NCBI GenBank assembly: GCA_026416665.1
Contig: JAOAET010000044.1
Span: forward strand, 2,491-66,490
Direction of reading: 5' to 3'
Length of the DNA: 64,000 nucleotides
Source: Candidatus Omnitrophota bacterium
GTDB taxonomy: Bacteria > Omnitrophota > Gorgyraeia > Gygaellales > Profunditerraquicolaceae
Shown here piece after piece: positions 47,477 through 57,090 of this stretch. Both the position numbers and the translations under genes were made by a program. Under the pieces are notes generated by a model that did not search any database, was not told where the DNA came from, and worked only from the letters and a program-made list of their open reading frames with translations. How positions within the stretch are numbered: position 1 is the first letter of the stretch; each line of letters opens with the position of its first letter.

Positions 47477-50400
47477 TTATGCAGCAACAGGCTGAGGTAA
47501 TTTTTCCTCTTTTTGTTTTTTACTATCAGAGAACTTAACTGAAACAATTTTAGAGACCCCAGATTCTTGCATAGTAATACCATACATTACATCGGCATTG
47601 GCAATTGTGCGTTTATTATGGGTAATTACAATAAACTGCGAGGTTTTAACAAACTCTTGAAGGAGTCTGCCAAAACGATCGACATTTGCCTCATCCAGTG
47701 CAGCATCAATCTCATCTAGAACACAGAATGGTGCTGGTTTTACTTTAAAGATAGCAAAGATAAGTGCAATAGCTGCCAAAGACTTCTCCCCACCGGAAAG
47801 TAACATAACATTTTGTAATTTCTTTCCCGGTGGTCTGCAGATAATCTCAATACCACTATCAAGTGGTTGGTTTTCGTCAATAAGATATATCTGGGCATCC
47901 CCGCCACCAAAAAGTAATTTAAAATAGTTACGGAATTCTTGGCGAACCCGTTCAAAGGTCTCCAGAAACATCTTACGACTAGTAGAGTTCATTTTACGAA
48001 TTGCCTCTTGTAGAGAATCCTTTGCTTTGATTAAATCCTGTTGTTGTTGATTTAAAAAGTCATACCGTTTTTTAAGTTCGTCATATTCCTCAATAGCTAT
48101 CAGATTCACGTTACCATAGGAGGCAACCTTTTCTTTTAATGCGGAAATTTCACAGAGTAGATTATTCTCATCAATTGTCTCTATATTTAATTCGTTAGAT
48201 AGAAACGGTAAAGCTAGATACTTAGGCTTTGGCATAATTAGCTCAATTAATAATATTTCGTTAGATAAAGTGTATAAGTTATTGTTTATGTGTTTATCTA
48301 ACTGCTGTGTATCTTTATTGCTCTCATATGAACTAGTAATTTTGAACAAATTTTTATTGGATTCATCCTGTACGAAACCATTTCTCTGTTCTTGCAGAAC
48401 TAAGGAATAGTTCAGTTCATCTAGATTAAGTTTATAGCAATTATATAACCTATCCCTCATCGTTTGATATTGATAATCAATGTCTTTTTCTTTCATTTGC
48501 AGCTGATATATCCGGTCGTTCATTTCTTCTACTTGGCGTCGCCGGTGTTCTATACTATTTACAATATCCTGAATGCTAGCAGAGAGTAAAGAATATTTTT
48601 CTTGATTTTCTTTTAACTGTTGATTTTTCTGGGTAATCTGTATTTCTATTCTTTTTATATTTTCTTCTAACTCGGTAATTTGCCTAAGTAAACCTTGCTG
48701 GCGATATTCTGTCTCTCGACTTTTGTTCTCTAAATTAGTAATATTTGCTTTAGTAATAGAGACAGCATCTTCTGCCATACGAACATTTGCCTCTTCATTC
48801 TGCAGACGCATACGATAATTTTCCAGCTCAGTTTTTATCTGGGCAATCTCTACAAGTGTATTTTCTCTTTTTTGAGTATTAATACCAATGATTTCTTGTC
48901 TGCGGTTAATCTCCTGCTCCAAAAATTTATTTTCCTGTTGTATTTCTTCTAAACGCCTCTGGACTAGTTTTATTCTATCAGTAAAATCTTTTATTTCTTT
49001 ATGCACATCCTCTAACTCCCAGGCTAATAGTTCTTCTTCTTTCTTGACCTTCTCAAATTGCTCAATAATAGTTTGGGCAATTGTCCGTTTATTGGCCACC
49101 ATTAGGTCTTGTTCTTGCCGTTTTTGTTTTATAATTTCTATTACCTCTTGAAGCTCTTTTATTGCCTGTTTTAAGAAATCTTTTTCCTTGTGCCTTTGTT
49201 CTAACTCTACATAGACTTTTTGTAAGCGCTGAGAAACCACATGTGCATCTAGGTCTATAGGTTTTGCCTCACCTTTCACCTGATAACCAATTGCTTCTTG
49301 GTGGACAATTTGGTTAATTTCTTCAGAATTAATCTTTACTACCAAACCATTTATTTTATCTTGAGGCAGTCTATCTAGAATTATTAAAGCATTTAAGGAC
49401 TCGTGGATATCTTCGTATTGATGTTTTAATTTCTCAAGGAATTCTTTTTGTGACTCTAAAGACAAACGTTGTCTTTCCAATTCTTCTATTTTCTGCGCTA
49501 TTTCGGTTAAAATGATCTGCTTATTATTCTGCTGTGTAGTTAAGGCAATTATTTGTGCATCTAAATCTTGGAGCAATATCTCTAACTGAGTAATTTCCTG
49601 ATTTGCTTGGGCTAAATTCTTTTCTATCTGCAGTCGCTCTTCGGCAATCTTTGTTTTCTCTATCTCTAGACGTTTCTGACGAGCAAGCAAAATATTGTTT
49701 TTTGAAGACAGCTCTAATAATTCGTTTTTTACTGTTGCCTCTTGGGCTGCTAAATCAATAATTTGCTGTTTTGCCTTGCTAATGGTTTCGGTTGCCTGGC
49801 GAATTTCAAATATTAAATTATCTAATTCTTGTTGTTTGGTTTTAAGCTTCTCGGTTTTTTCTATCAAAGCAGTTTTTACTTGATCAAGACGTTCTCTAAA
49901 CTCTATTAGGGTTGCCTCTTCTTGAACAAGACGAGCACTGGATTCCTGAACTTGCGCACTTAGGTATGCCTTGGTATTCTCTAACTCGCGTATACGTTCC
50001 TGGTTAAAACTGATATGTTGTTGGCTTTGTCTTAAGTCATTATCCTCCTCTATTAACTGCTTGTTTAGCGCATCTATATTTATTTCAAGCTGTTTTATCT
50101 GCTCTTTTCGCTGGGCAATAGCGTCTTCTTCTTGCTGAATTGTCTGCTGTAATCTTTCTTTATTAAACCTTAAATTTTCTAGTTCTAGAATTATTTTTTC
50201 CTTCTGTGCTACCAGCCGTTTTTTCTGAATAAAAGCAAGCAAAACCTCCTTTGCCCTTAATTGGCCAAAAACCTGCTGATACCTTCTTGCCTTGTTTGCC
50301 TGCCGCTCAAGATACCCAATAGAACGTTTGACCTCGCCAATAATATCATTTATACGTAATAGATTCTGTTCTGTTTCTTCCAAACGACGTAATGCCTCTT

Positions 50401-50923
50401 TTTTTTGAGCTTTATACTTGGTTATACCTGATGCCTCATCAAAAACTTCTCTTCTTTCTTCAGGCCGGGCAGAAAGAATAAGGTCAACTTTACCCTGTGC
50501 AATAATAGAATAGCTTTCTGCGCCAATACCTGTACCTAAAAGAAGGTCTTGTATGTCTTTGAGCCGACATTGTGCTTTATTAAGAAGATACTCGCTTTCT
50601 CCTGAGCGGAAAATCCTTCGCGTAATTAACACCTCATCGTGGTCAACAGGAAAAACCCGTTCTTTATTGTCAAAAGTTAAACTCACCTCTGCCATACCCA
50701 AGGGTTGCTGTGAATCTGTACCATTGAAAATAACATCTTCCATATTTGAGCCACGTAAGGACTTAGCTGATTGCTCCCCTAATACCCAACGTATGGCATC
50801 AAAAATATTAGATTTACCACAACCATTAGGTCCTACAATCGCGGTGATACCAGGTTCAAAGTCCAAAACAGTTTTGTTCATAAAGGATTTAAATCCAATA
50901 AGCTCAAGCCGTTTAAAGTACAT
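47477..50923 (-). CDS. smc: Chromosome partition protein SMC
   Basis: 1148-aa ORF with N-terminal Walker A GPNGCGKSN, long coiled coils, a hinge, and C-terminal LSGGEKSL plus Walker B VLDEIDAALD. A GGGGG SD lies upstream. Confidence 0.9.
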   Translation of the reverse strand: MYFKRLELIGFKSFMNKTVLDFEPGITAIVGPNGCGKSNIFDAIRWVLGEQSAKSLRGSNMEDVIFNGTDSQQPLGMAEVSLTFDNKERVFPVDHDEVLITRRIFRSGESEYLLNKAQCRLKDIQDLLLGTGIGAESYSIIAQGKVDLILSARPEERREVFDEASGITKYKAQKKEALRRLEETEQNLLRINDIIGEVKRSIGYLERQANKARRYQQVFGQLRAKEVLLAFIQKKRLVAQKEKIILELENLRFNKERLQQTIQQEEDAIAQRKEQIKQLEINIDALNKQLIEEDNDLRQSQQHISFNQERIRELENTKAYLSAQVQESSARLVQEEATLIEFRERLDQVKTALIEKTEKLKTKQQELDNLIFEIRQATETISKAKQQIIDLAAQEATVKNELLELSSKNNILLARQKRLEIEKTKIAEERLQIEKNLAQANQEITQLEILLQDLDAQIIALTTQQNNKQIILTEIAQKIEELERQRLSLESQKEFLEKLKHQYEDIHESLNALIILDRLPQDKINGLVVKINSEEINQIVHQEAIGYQVKGEAKPIDLDAHVVSQRLQKVYVELEQRHKEKDFLKQAIKELQEVIEIIKQKRQEQDLMVANKRTIAQTIIEQFEKVKKEEELLAWELEDVHKEIKDFTDRIKLVQRRLEEIQQENKFLEQEINRRQEIIGINTQKRENTLVEIAQIKTELENYRMRLQNEEANVRMAEDAVSITKANITNLENKSRETEYRQQGLLRQITELEENIKRIEIQITQKNQQLKENQEKYSLLSASIQDIVNSIEHRRRQVEEMNDRIYQLQMKEKDIDYQYQTMRDRLYNCYKLNLDELNYSLVLQEQRNGFVQDESNKNLFKITSSYESNKDTQQLDKHINNNLYTLSNEILLIELIMPKPKYLALPFLSNELNIETIDENNLLCEISALKEKVASYGNVNLIAIEEYDELKKRYDFLNQQQQDLIKAKDSLQEAIRKMNSTSRKMFLETFERVRQEFRNYFKLLFGGGDAQIYLIDENQPLDSGIEIICRPPGKKLQNVMLLSGGEKSLAAIALIFAIFKVKPAPFCVLDEIDAALDEANVDRFGRLLQEFVKTSQFIVITHNKRTIANADVMYGITMQESGVSKIVSVKFSDSKKQKEEKLPQPVAA

Positions 50924-51020
50924 CCTACCCCCTATCTTTAGAGAACCTGTAAATTAAATAACCTTAATATAACTTGGTGATTTTGTAATTTTACCATTTT
51001 AAAAAACTAAATACAAAAAA

Positions 51021-51197
51021 TCAGGCATGTGTCTGTTTCTCTATCCATTCATCGATCTTTTCTTTCTTGAATCTCCATTGACCAACCACTTTAAGCGCAG
51101 GAATTTTATTGTGTTTAAGCCACTCATAAATAGTCCTACGACTTACTTTTAAGTAATTGGCTAAATCCTCTATAGTCATCAATTCGTTCACAAACAT
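51021..51197 (-). CDS. Small helix-turn-helix DNA-binding protein (excisionase/AlpA-like, MerR-superfamily winged HTH). The track's TTG start at 51230 overlaps the -10 element, so the real start is probably the ATG at 51197 or 51179.
   Basis: The sequence ...MTIEDLANYLKVSRRTIYEWLKHNKIPALKVVGQWRFKKEKIDEWIEKQ matches the Xis/AlpA HTH_17 pattern. A perfect promoter lies immediately upstream. Confidence 0.55.
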   Translation of the reverse strand: MFVNELMTIEDLANYLKVSRRTIYEWLKHNKIPALKVVGQWRFKKEKIDEWIEKQTHA

Positions 51198-51229
51198 AGT
51201 AAAAAGATAATTTTTCTGATGATGGCTCA

Positions 51230-51258
51230 ATTATAAATATCTTTTTTTTCGCTGTCAA
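51230..51258 (-). promoter_or_regulatory. Perfect-consensus sigma70 promoter: -35 TTGACA (51253-51258), 17-nt spacer (GCGAAAAAAAAGATATT), -10 TATAAT (51230-51235), driving the small HTH gene and possibly smc
   Basis: Read directly from the minus strand. It lies within a 198-bp AT-rich intergenic region. Confidence 0.6.
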
Positions 51259-51428
51259 GGAATTTTTTAACATTAATATTCATTAATTTTCTATTTAAAT
51301 CAATTTTGATTATAAATTACCAATAAAATTCATTTTTTTATTTTTTAAATCATTGAGTATAAAATTTATGCTAAATTATGCAAAATTATACATACCCCAG
51401 GTAAGATTTGCCTGAATTTTTTAACTGA

Positions 51429-51674
51429 CTATTTTAGTGATTCTACTTCTTGAAGTTGTTGGTAGGTTTTAGAGGTTAGTTTTTGAATATCCTCTTTTGC
51501 TTTTTCAACAATGGAAGTACTAGGCTGGACATTATTTGCTACTGAATTTGTGTTTCTGTGGGTTCCAAAAAAGGTATTAACTAAATAATAGAATGCCAAA
51601 AGTAATAAACTTAATCCCAAAAGTAGCCCTATGAGATTGATAAATCCCCTCTTACTGTTCAGATAACTTACCAT
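51429..51674 (-). CDS. Small hypothetical membrane protein (one TM helix)
   Basis: 81-aa ORF with a hydrophobic segment INLIGLLLGLSLLLLAFYYLV, 62 nt downstream of etfA. No homology recognised. Confidence 0.4.
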   Translation of the reverse strand: MVSYLNSKRGFINLIGLLLGLSLLLLAFYYLVNTFFGTHRNTNSVANNVQPSTSIVEKAKEDIQKLTSKTYQQLQEVESLK

Positions 51675-51736
51675 TTTGGCTTAACAAACTTTTAATTTTA
51701 TAATTAAAGAAAAAGCAGGGATAAAGAAAAGAATAA

Positions 51737-52939
51737 TTATTTCTTAAGTACCTGGCGAAATTTTTTAGTTAGTAAAGGAACAATCTCAAATAAGTCACCC
51801 ACTATACCGTAAGTAGCCACTTTAAAAATAGGTGCGTCGGGATCCTTATTTATTGCTACAATTATTTTTGAAGACTGCATTCCTACTAAGTGTTGAATTT
51901 GCCCTGAAATACCACAGGCAATATAGATTTTAGGGGCAACGGTTCTACCCGTTTGACCTACTTGATGAGAATAAGAAATCCAACCCGCATCTACCGCAGC
52001 ACGTGAAGCGCCCACCGCCCCACCTAAAACTTCTGCTAACTCATGTAAGAGCTTAAAGTTCTCTGGTTTCTGTAAACCCCTTCCTCCTGATACAATTATA
52101 TCTGCTTCTGCAAGATTAACTAAATTCTCTACCTCTTCTACTACGTCTAACAAGGTAGTTTGTGAAGAAAGGTCCTCTAAAGGAAAATTTTCCTTAATTA
52201 TCTTACCTTTTCTTCTTTTGTCCAGTTCAGGCTGAGGAAATACTTTATGCCGAACAGTAGCCATTTGTGGCCGATAATTTGGAGAAATAATTGTGGCCAT
52301 GATATTACCACCAAAGGCAGGACGTGTCTGTAAAAGAATCTTTTTTTCAGGATCAATATCTAAACCTGTACAATCAGCAGTTAAACCACAATCCACTTTA
52401 ACTGCTACCCGTGAAACTAAAGATCTGCCAATAAAAGTAGCACCTGCCAGAACAATCTCAGGTTTATATTTATGAATTAATTTTATCAGCACATTTGCAT
52501 ATGGCTGGTCAAGAAAATTAGCTAATTGTGGTGCCTCTACCAAATAAACTGTATCTGCACCTGTACAAATAAGCGACTGTGCCTCTATTTCTACATTATG
52601 TCCAATAAGTACTGCTCCTACATAAGTGTTTAGTTTCTCTGCTAACTGGCGTGCCTTGCCCAATAATTCATAAACTACTGGCTGAACTTTGCCCTTTTTT
52701 TGTTCAGCAAAGACCCAAACCCCCTTATATTGACTGAAGTCTTTGGCTTGGGGCTGTTGAAGCGGTCTTTCTAAAAGAATAGCTTTAAATTTACAAACTG
52801 GAACACAAGCACCACAGAGATTGCATTTGCCCAAATCAATTACTGCCTTTTTATTAATAATGGAGATGGCTCCAAAAGGACATGCCTTCACACACAAAGT
52901 GCAACCTGTGCATTTTTCATTAATAATTTGTATAGACAT
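51737..52939 (-). CDS. etfA: Electron transfer flavoprotein alpha subunit with an N-terminal 2x[4Fe-4S] ferredoxin domain (CarE/FixB-like)
   Basis: 400-aa ORF. The N-terminus has two CxxCxxCxxxCP motifs (CTGCTLCVKACP; CNLCGACVPVC), followed by the Etf alpha FAD-binding domain (SGQIQHLVGM...IVAINKD). Confidence 0.85.
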   Translation of the reverse strand: MSIQIINEKCTGCTLCVKACPFGAISIINKKAVIDLGKCNLCGACVPVCKFKAILLERPLQQPQAKDFSQYKGVWVFAEQKKGKVQPVVYELLGKARQLAEKLNTYVGAVLIGHNVEIEAQSLICTGADTVYLVEAPQLANFLDQPYANVLIKLIHKYKPEIVLAGATFIGRSLVSRVAVKVDCGLTADCTGLDIDPEKKILLQTRPAFGGNIMATIISPNYRPQMATVRHKVFPQPELDKRRKGKIIKENFPLEDLSSQTTLLDVVEEVENLVNLAEADIIVSGGRGLQKPENFKLLHELAEVLGGAVGASRAAVDAGWISYSHQVGQTGRTVAPKIYIACGISGQIQHLVGMQSSKIIVAINKDPDAPIFKVATYGIVGDLFEIVPLLTKKFRQVLKK

Positions 52940-52957
52940 AAAATTTTCCTTACCTAG

Positions 52958-53752
52958 TTAGACAATATCCGATTTAAGCAACTCTACCAATTTATCAACT
53001 ACCTCTGCTGGCTCACCGACAAGTTTCTGTCCTCCACTTCGCTGAGGTGGATGAAATATCTTTACTACAGTTGTGCGTGAACCTGCTAATCCTACCTGTT
53101 GTGCGTCAACACCAATATCTTTAGCTGTCCAGGTAATTATCTTTGCGCTTTTTGCACGCATCATTCCTTTTAAAGAAGGAAGGCGCGGTTCGTTGATTTC
53201 TTTTACTACAGTAAAAAGACAAGGAAGCGGGGTCTCTAAAATATCAAAACCCTCCTCGGTCATTCTCTCCACACGTGCCTTTTGGTTTTTTATCTCTTCA
53301 ATCTTTTTAACATAAGTTACCTGAGGCAGGTCTAAAAAAGCAGCAATCCCAGGTCCGACCTGAGCAGTGTCACCATCAGAAGCCTGCTTTCCGCAAAGAA
53401 TGATATCAAAAGAACCTTTTTCTTTAGCAATCTTCTGGATAGCATGAGACAGAGTATTTGCAGTGGCCCAGGTATCTCCACCAGCAAATGCCTTATCCGA
53501 AATAAGAATTGCTTCATCCGCACCCATAGAAATTGCTTCACGTAATGCTGACTCTGCTTGGGGCGGACCCATAGTAATTACTGTAACTGTTCCGCCAAAA
53601 CGCTCTTTTAAACGAACTGCCTCCTCAATGGCATACATATCAAAGGGATTGATAATAGATTTTACACCATCACGAATTAAGGTATTTGTTTCCGGATTAA
53701 TCCGCACATCCGTTGTTTCAGGAACCTGTTTTATACAAACTATAATATTCAT
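52958..53752 (-). CDS. etfB: Electron transfer flavoprotein beta subunit
   Basis: 264-aa ORF MNIIVCIKQVPET... with typical EtfB motifs (DILCGKQASDGDTAQVGP). Confidence 0.85.
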   Translation of the reverse strand: MNIIVCIKQVPETTDVRINPETNTLIRDGVKSIINPFDMYAIEEAVRLKERFGGTVTVITMGPPQAESALREAISMGADEAILISDKAFAGGDTWATANTLSHAIQKIAKEKGSFDIILCGKQASDGDTAQVGPGIAAFLDLPQVTYVKKIEEIKNQKARVERMTEEGFDILETPLPCLFTVVKEINEPRLPSLKGMMRAKSAKIITWTAKDIGVDAQQVGLAGSRTTVVKIFHPPQRSGGQKLVGEPAEVVDKLVELLKSDIV

Positions 53753-53755
53753 TTT

Positions 53756-54112
53756 TTACTGTTGTTTATAAAAAAGATATTTTTGTATACGTTGAAAGGT
53801 CTCGTCGTTTATACCAATAAACTCTAATCCCAATTCATAGCGTTTAATCTCTGAACCTGAAATACTCTCCAGTGGTTTTATCCAAACCACTTTGCCAATA
53901 GCAGTTATTTCTTCGTCTACATCAGGTAAATGAAGCTTAAGATTAAGTAACTCTCCTAATGAATATGGCTCAGTTGAGATAATACAAACTCCACCCTGGC
54001 TAATATTCTTTGTGTTAAGAATTTTCTCAGGTGCACCTTCTTGACGTTTGCTTACTTTAGCCTCAACCAAGATGTTAAACCGCGCAAAACGCCTTCTCTC
54101 TTGCTCAGACAT
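53756..54112 (-). CDS. PilZ domain protein (predicted c-di-GMP receptor)
   Basis: 118-aa ORF with RRRFAR (RxxxR) and NISQGG (D/NxSxxG) motifs at canonical spacing. It is embedded between acd and etfB. Confidence 0.7.
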   Translation of the reverse strand: MSEQERRRFARFNILVEAKVSKRQEGAPEKILNTKNISQGGVCIISTEPYSLGELLNLKLHLPDVDEEITAIGKVVWIKPLESISGSEIKRYELGLEFIGINDETFQRIQKYLFYKQQ

Positions 54113-54125
54113 AACTGCCGCCTTT

Positions 54126-55283
54126 CTATTTTACTAACTCCTTAATCATACTAAGACCAATAATGTTTCTCTGTATCTGATTGGTCCCTTCATAAATCTG
54201 TGTAATTTTGGCATCACGTAGGTATTTTTCAATAGGATAATCTTTCATATAACCATATCCACCGTGAATTTGTAAGGCATTATCACAGACACGAAAGGCT
54301 ACATCTGAAGCAAAAAGCTTAGCCATTGCAGAGGCACTACCTATGTCTTTTTCTCCAGCATCAATAGCACGGGCAACTGCATAAACAAGTGCCCTGGCTG
54401 CTTCTATCTCAGTGGCCATATCCGCCAACATCCACTGTATTCCTTGGAAACTTGAAATAGGTTTCCCAAATTGCTGGCGTTGCCGAGCATACCTTATAGC
54501 CAATTCCAAAGCCCCTTGAGCAATACCCAATGCCTGTGCAGCTACACCAGGCCGCGACATATCAAAAGTCTTCATTGTGATAATAAAACCCATTCCTTCC
54601 TTTCCAAGTAAGTTTTCTGCAGGAACTTTGCAGTTATCAAAAATAAGCTCCATCGTAGTAGATGCTCGGATACCCAGCTTATCTTCTTTCTTACCAAAAC
54701 TAAATCCCTTCATTCCTTTTTCTACAATAAAAGCTGAAGCACCTCGTGCACCTTTGGACTTATCCGTCATTGCAATAATAGTATAAATTTCTGCCTCTCC
54801 ACCATTGGTAATAAAATGCTTTGTTCCGTTTAAGACATAATAGTTTCCTTCTTTACGCGCAGTAGTCTTTATAGCACTTGCATCTGAACCTGCCTCTGGT
54901 TCAGTTAAACCGAAAGCAGCAACTTTTTTCCCCTTAGCTAAATCGGGTAGATATTTTTTCTTTTGCGCATCATTGCCATAAAGAATAATCGGAAATGTTC
55001 CTAGAGCAGAGGCAGCATAACAAACTGCAATACCGCCACATGCTCGAGAAAGCTCCTCAGTAGCAAGACACAGATTCATTACACTGGTCCCTAAACCACC
55101 GTATTCTTCCGGGATAAAAAGTCCAAATAAATCTGCCTCAGCAAGCACTTTTATAATCTCCCAAGGGTATTCCTCTGTCTTATCATAATGAGCTGCCACT
55201 GGACGAATTTTTTCTTCAGCTATTTTGTGAGCTAATTCCTTTATCATCTTCTGTTCTTCAGTCAACAAATAATTCATACACAC
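54126..55283 (-). CDS. Short-chain acyl-CoA dehydrogenase (butyryl-CoA dehydrogenase-like)
   Basis: 385-aa ORF with ACAD N/M/C domains and a C-terminal catalytic-Glu context IYEGTNQIQR. An AAGGAG SD sits 5 nt upstream. Confidence 0.85.
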   Translation of the reverse strand: MCMNYLLTEEQKMIKELAHKIAEEKIRPVAAHYDKTEEYPWEIIKVLAEADLFGLFIPEEYGGLGTSVMNLCLATEELSRACGGIAVCYAASALGTFPIILYGNDAQKKKYLPDLAKGKKVAAFGLTEPEAGSDASAIKTTARKEGNYYVLNGTKHFITNGGEAEIYTIIAMTDKSKGARGASAFIVEKGMKGFSFGKKEDKLGIRASTTMELIFDNCKVPAENLLGKEGMGFIITMKTFDMSRPGVAAQALGIAQGALELAIRYARQRQQFGKPISSFQGIQWMLADMATEIEAARALVYAVARAIDAGEKDIGSASAMAKLFASDVAFRVCDNALQIHGGYGYMKDYPIEKYLRDAKITQIYEGTNQIQRNIIGLSMIKELVK

Positions 55284-55385
55284 TCCTTGTTTTTTAAAAG
55301 TAAGTTAAGTAAGTCTTTTCTTATTTTAAATGTAACGAAAATTTTTTCAGATAAAATAAAAAATGTGAAAGTCTATTATACAGAA

Positions 55386-55862
55386 TTATTTCTGTTTTGC
55401 AATATTTTTTATCAGGGCAATTTCTTTACAATTAGGAAATTTTGGACAGTTAATACAATCAGCCCAAACTTTGTGCGGTAATAAAGAGTGTTTAATTTTA
55501 CGAAACCCAAATCTGATAAAAAAATTCGGCACATAAGTCAACACAAATACCTTTTTTGCTCCTAATTCTTTGGCCTCTTTTAAACACTCTTCAATAAGCT
55601 GACTACCAATTCCCTGGTGTTGATAGCTTTTCTCTACTGCTAGGGATTTTATTTCAATAAGGTCTTGCCAAGCAACATGAACAGCCGCACAACCGATGAT
55701 CTCTTTCTCAGCTAAACAAACCCAGAAATCACGGACATTTTCATATAGTTCGTTTAGAGAACGCGCAATCATTAAACCCTGTTTGGCGTAATTATTAATT
55801 AAATTTTGAATTTTGGGAACATCTGAAATAACAGCTTTACGGATTTTATAATCCTTCTTCAT
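55386..55862 (-). CDS. GNAT family N-acetyltransferase (short ArgA-like), with a C-terminal CxxC...C cluster
   Basis: 158-aa ORF with the acetyl-CoA-binding motif HQGIGSQLIEE. It overlaps glgC by 17 nt. Confidence 0.7.
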   Translation of the reverse strand: MKKDYKIRKAVISDVPKIQNLINNYAKQGLMIARSLNELYENVRDFWVCLAEKEIIGCAAVHVAWQDLIEIKSLAVEKSYQHQGIGSQLIEECLKEAKELGAKKVFVLTYVPNFFIRFGFRKIKHSLLPHKVWADCINCPKFPNCKEIALIKNIAKQK

Positions 55863-57090
55863 CTCTTCTTATCTCTGTTTTTTTAGCTACTACTACAATA
55901 CCTGAATCAGTTACCATAAAATGTTTTCGATCCTCATCTAAATCATAACCAATTACTGTTCCAGGAGGGATATTTACATCCTTATCAATAATTGCCCGTC
56001 TAATCTTGGCGTAACGACCTACATTTACTCCTTCCATTAAAATCGATTCGGTCACTTGGGAATAGCTGTTAATGCGCACATTATAAGAAAGAATTGAACG
56101 TTTAACTTGCCCACCTGAAATGATACAGCCGTTAGAGACCAGTGAATCTAAAGCCAAACCAATTCTTCCTGTAATCTCATCTCCGGCAAATACTGTCTTT
56201 GCGGGAGGAAACTGTTCTTGGTAAGTCCGTATCGGCCAATTTTTGTCGTATAAATTAAAGAGTGGATCCACTTGTACAAGGTCCATATTCGCTTCATAAT
56301 AAGCATCTAGTGTTCCGATATCGCGCCAATACATCGCCTCTTTTTTGTTCTCATCTATAAAATTATAAGAAACCACCTGAAAACCTGCCTTTACCATGGC
56401 GGGAATTATATCTTTACCAAAGTCATGAGAGGAACTAGAGTTATTAGCGTCCTGACAAAGTTGCTCAACAAGAACATTACGTTTAAATACATAAATACCC
56501 ATAGAGGCATAAATCTTATCAGGCTTGTTAGGAATGGTTTTAGGCACTTGCGGTTTTTCCAAGAAATCTTTTACCCTGCCTTTTTTATCTACCTCAATGA
56601 CCCCAAATTGTGAACACATTGATTTATCTACTTCCACCACCCCCACGGTCATATCTGCACCTACTTGGCGGTGATAGGAAATCATTGTTGCATAATTCAT
56701 CTTATAAACATGGTCTCCAGCAAGAATAAGCACATCTTCAGGAGGGTCAATTTCAAGGGTGTTTAAATTTTGATAAATTGCATCTGCTGTCCCCAGATAC
56801 CAAGTCTCCCTTACCCGTTGCTGTGCAGGTAATAACTCAATATATTCGTTTAACTCAGAAGAAAGAATATTCCATCCTAAACGTATATGCCTTTGTAAGG
56901 ACGCAGATTTATACTGGGTTAAGACATAGATTTTTCTTAGTCCAGAATTTATACAGTTACTTAGAGTAAAATCAATAATCCGATAAATCCCCCCAAAGGG
57001 AACCGCAGGCTTTGTGCGGTCCTTGGTAAGTGGCCAAAGCCGTTCACCTTTTCCTCCTGCCATTATAAAGGTAATAACATCAGAAACCAT
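55846..57090 (-). CDS. glgC: Glucose-1-phosphate adenylyltransferase
   Basis: 414-aa ORF with an AGGKGERLWPLT...KPAVPFGG N-terminus and a left-handed beta-helix C-terminus. Confidence 0.9.
   Translation of the reverse strand: MVSDVITFIMAGGKGERLWPLTKDRTKPAVPFGGIYRIIDFTLSNCINSGLRKIYVLTQYKSASLQRHIRLGWNILSSELNEYIELLPAQQRVRETWYLGTADAIYQNLNTLEIDPPEDVLILAGDHVYKMNYATMISYHRQVGADMTVGVVEVDKSMCSQFGVIEVDKKGRVKDFLEKPQVPKTIPNKPDKIYASMGIYVFKRNVLVEQLCQDANNSSSSHDFGKDIIPAMVKAGFQVVSYNFIDENKKEAMYWRDIGTLDAYYEANMDLVQVDPLFNLYDKNWPIRTYQEQFPPAKTVFAGDEITGRIGLALDSLVSNGCIISGGQVKRSILSYNVRINSYSQVTESILMEGVNVGRYAKIRRAIIDKDVNIPPGTVIGYDLDEDRKHFMVTDSGIVVVAKKTEIRRDEEGL

Noticed and set aside
50924-51428. Prophage or integrative element boundary suggested by the Xis/AlpA-like HTH gene and the AT-rich 198-bp spacer
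   Set aside because: There is no integrase, tRNA target, direct repeats or phage genes within the window. The flanking genes (smc, etfA) are core chromosomal genes on the same strand.
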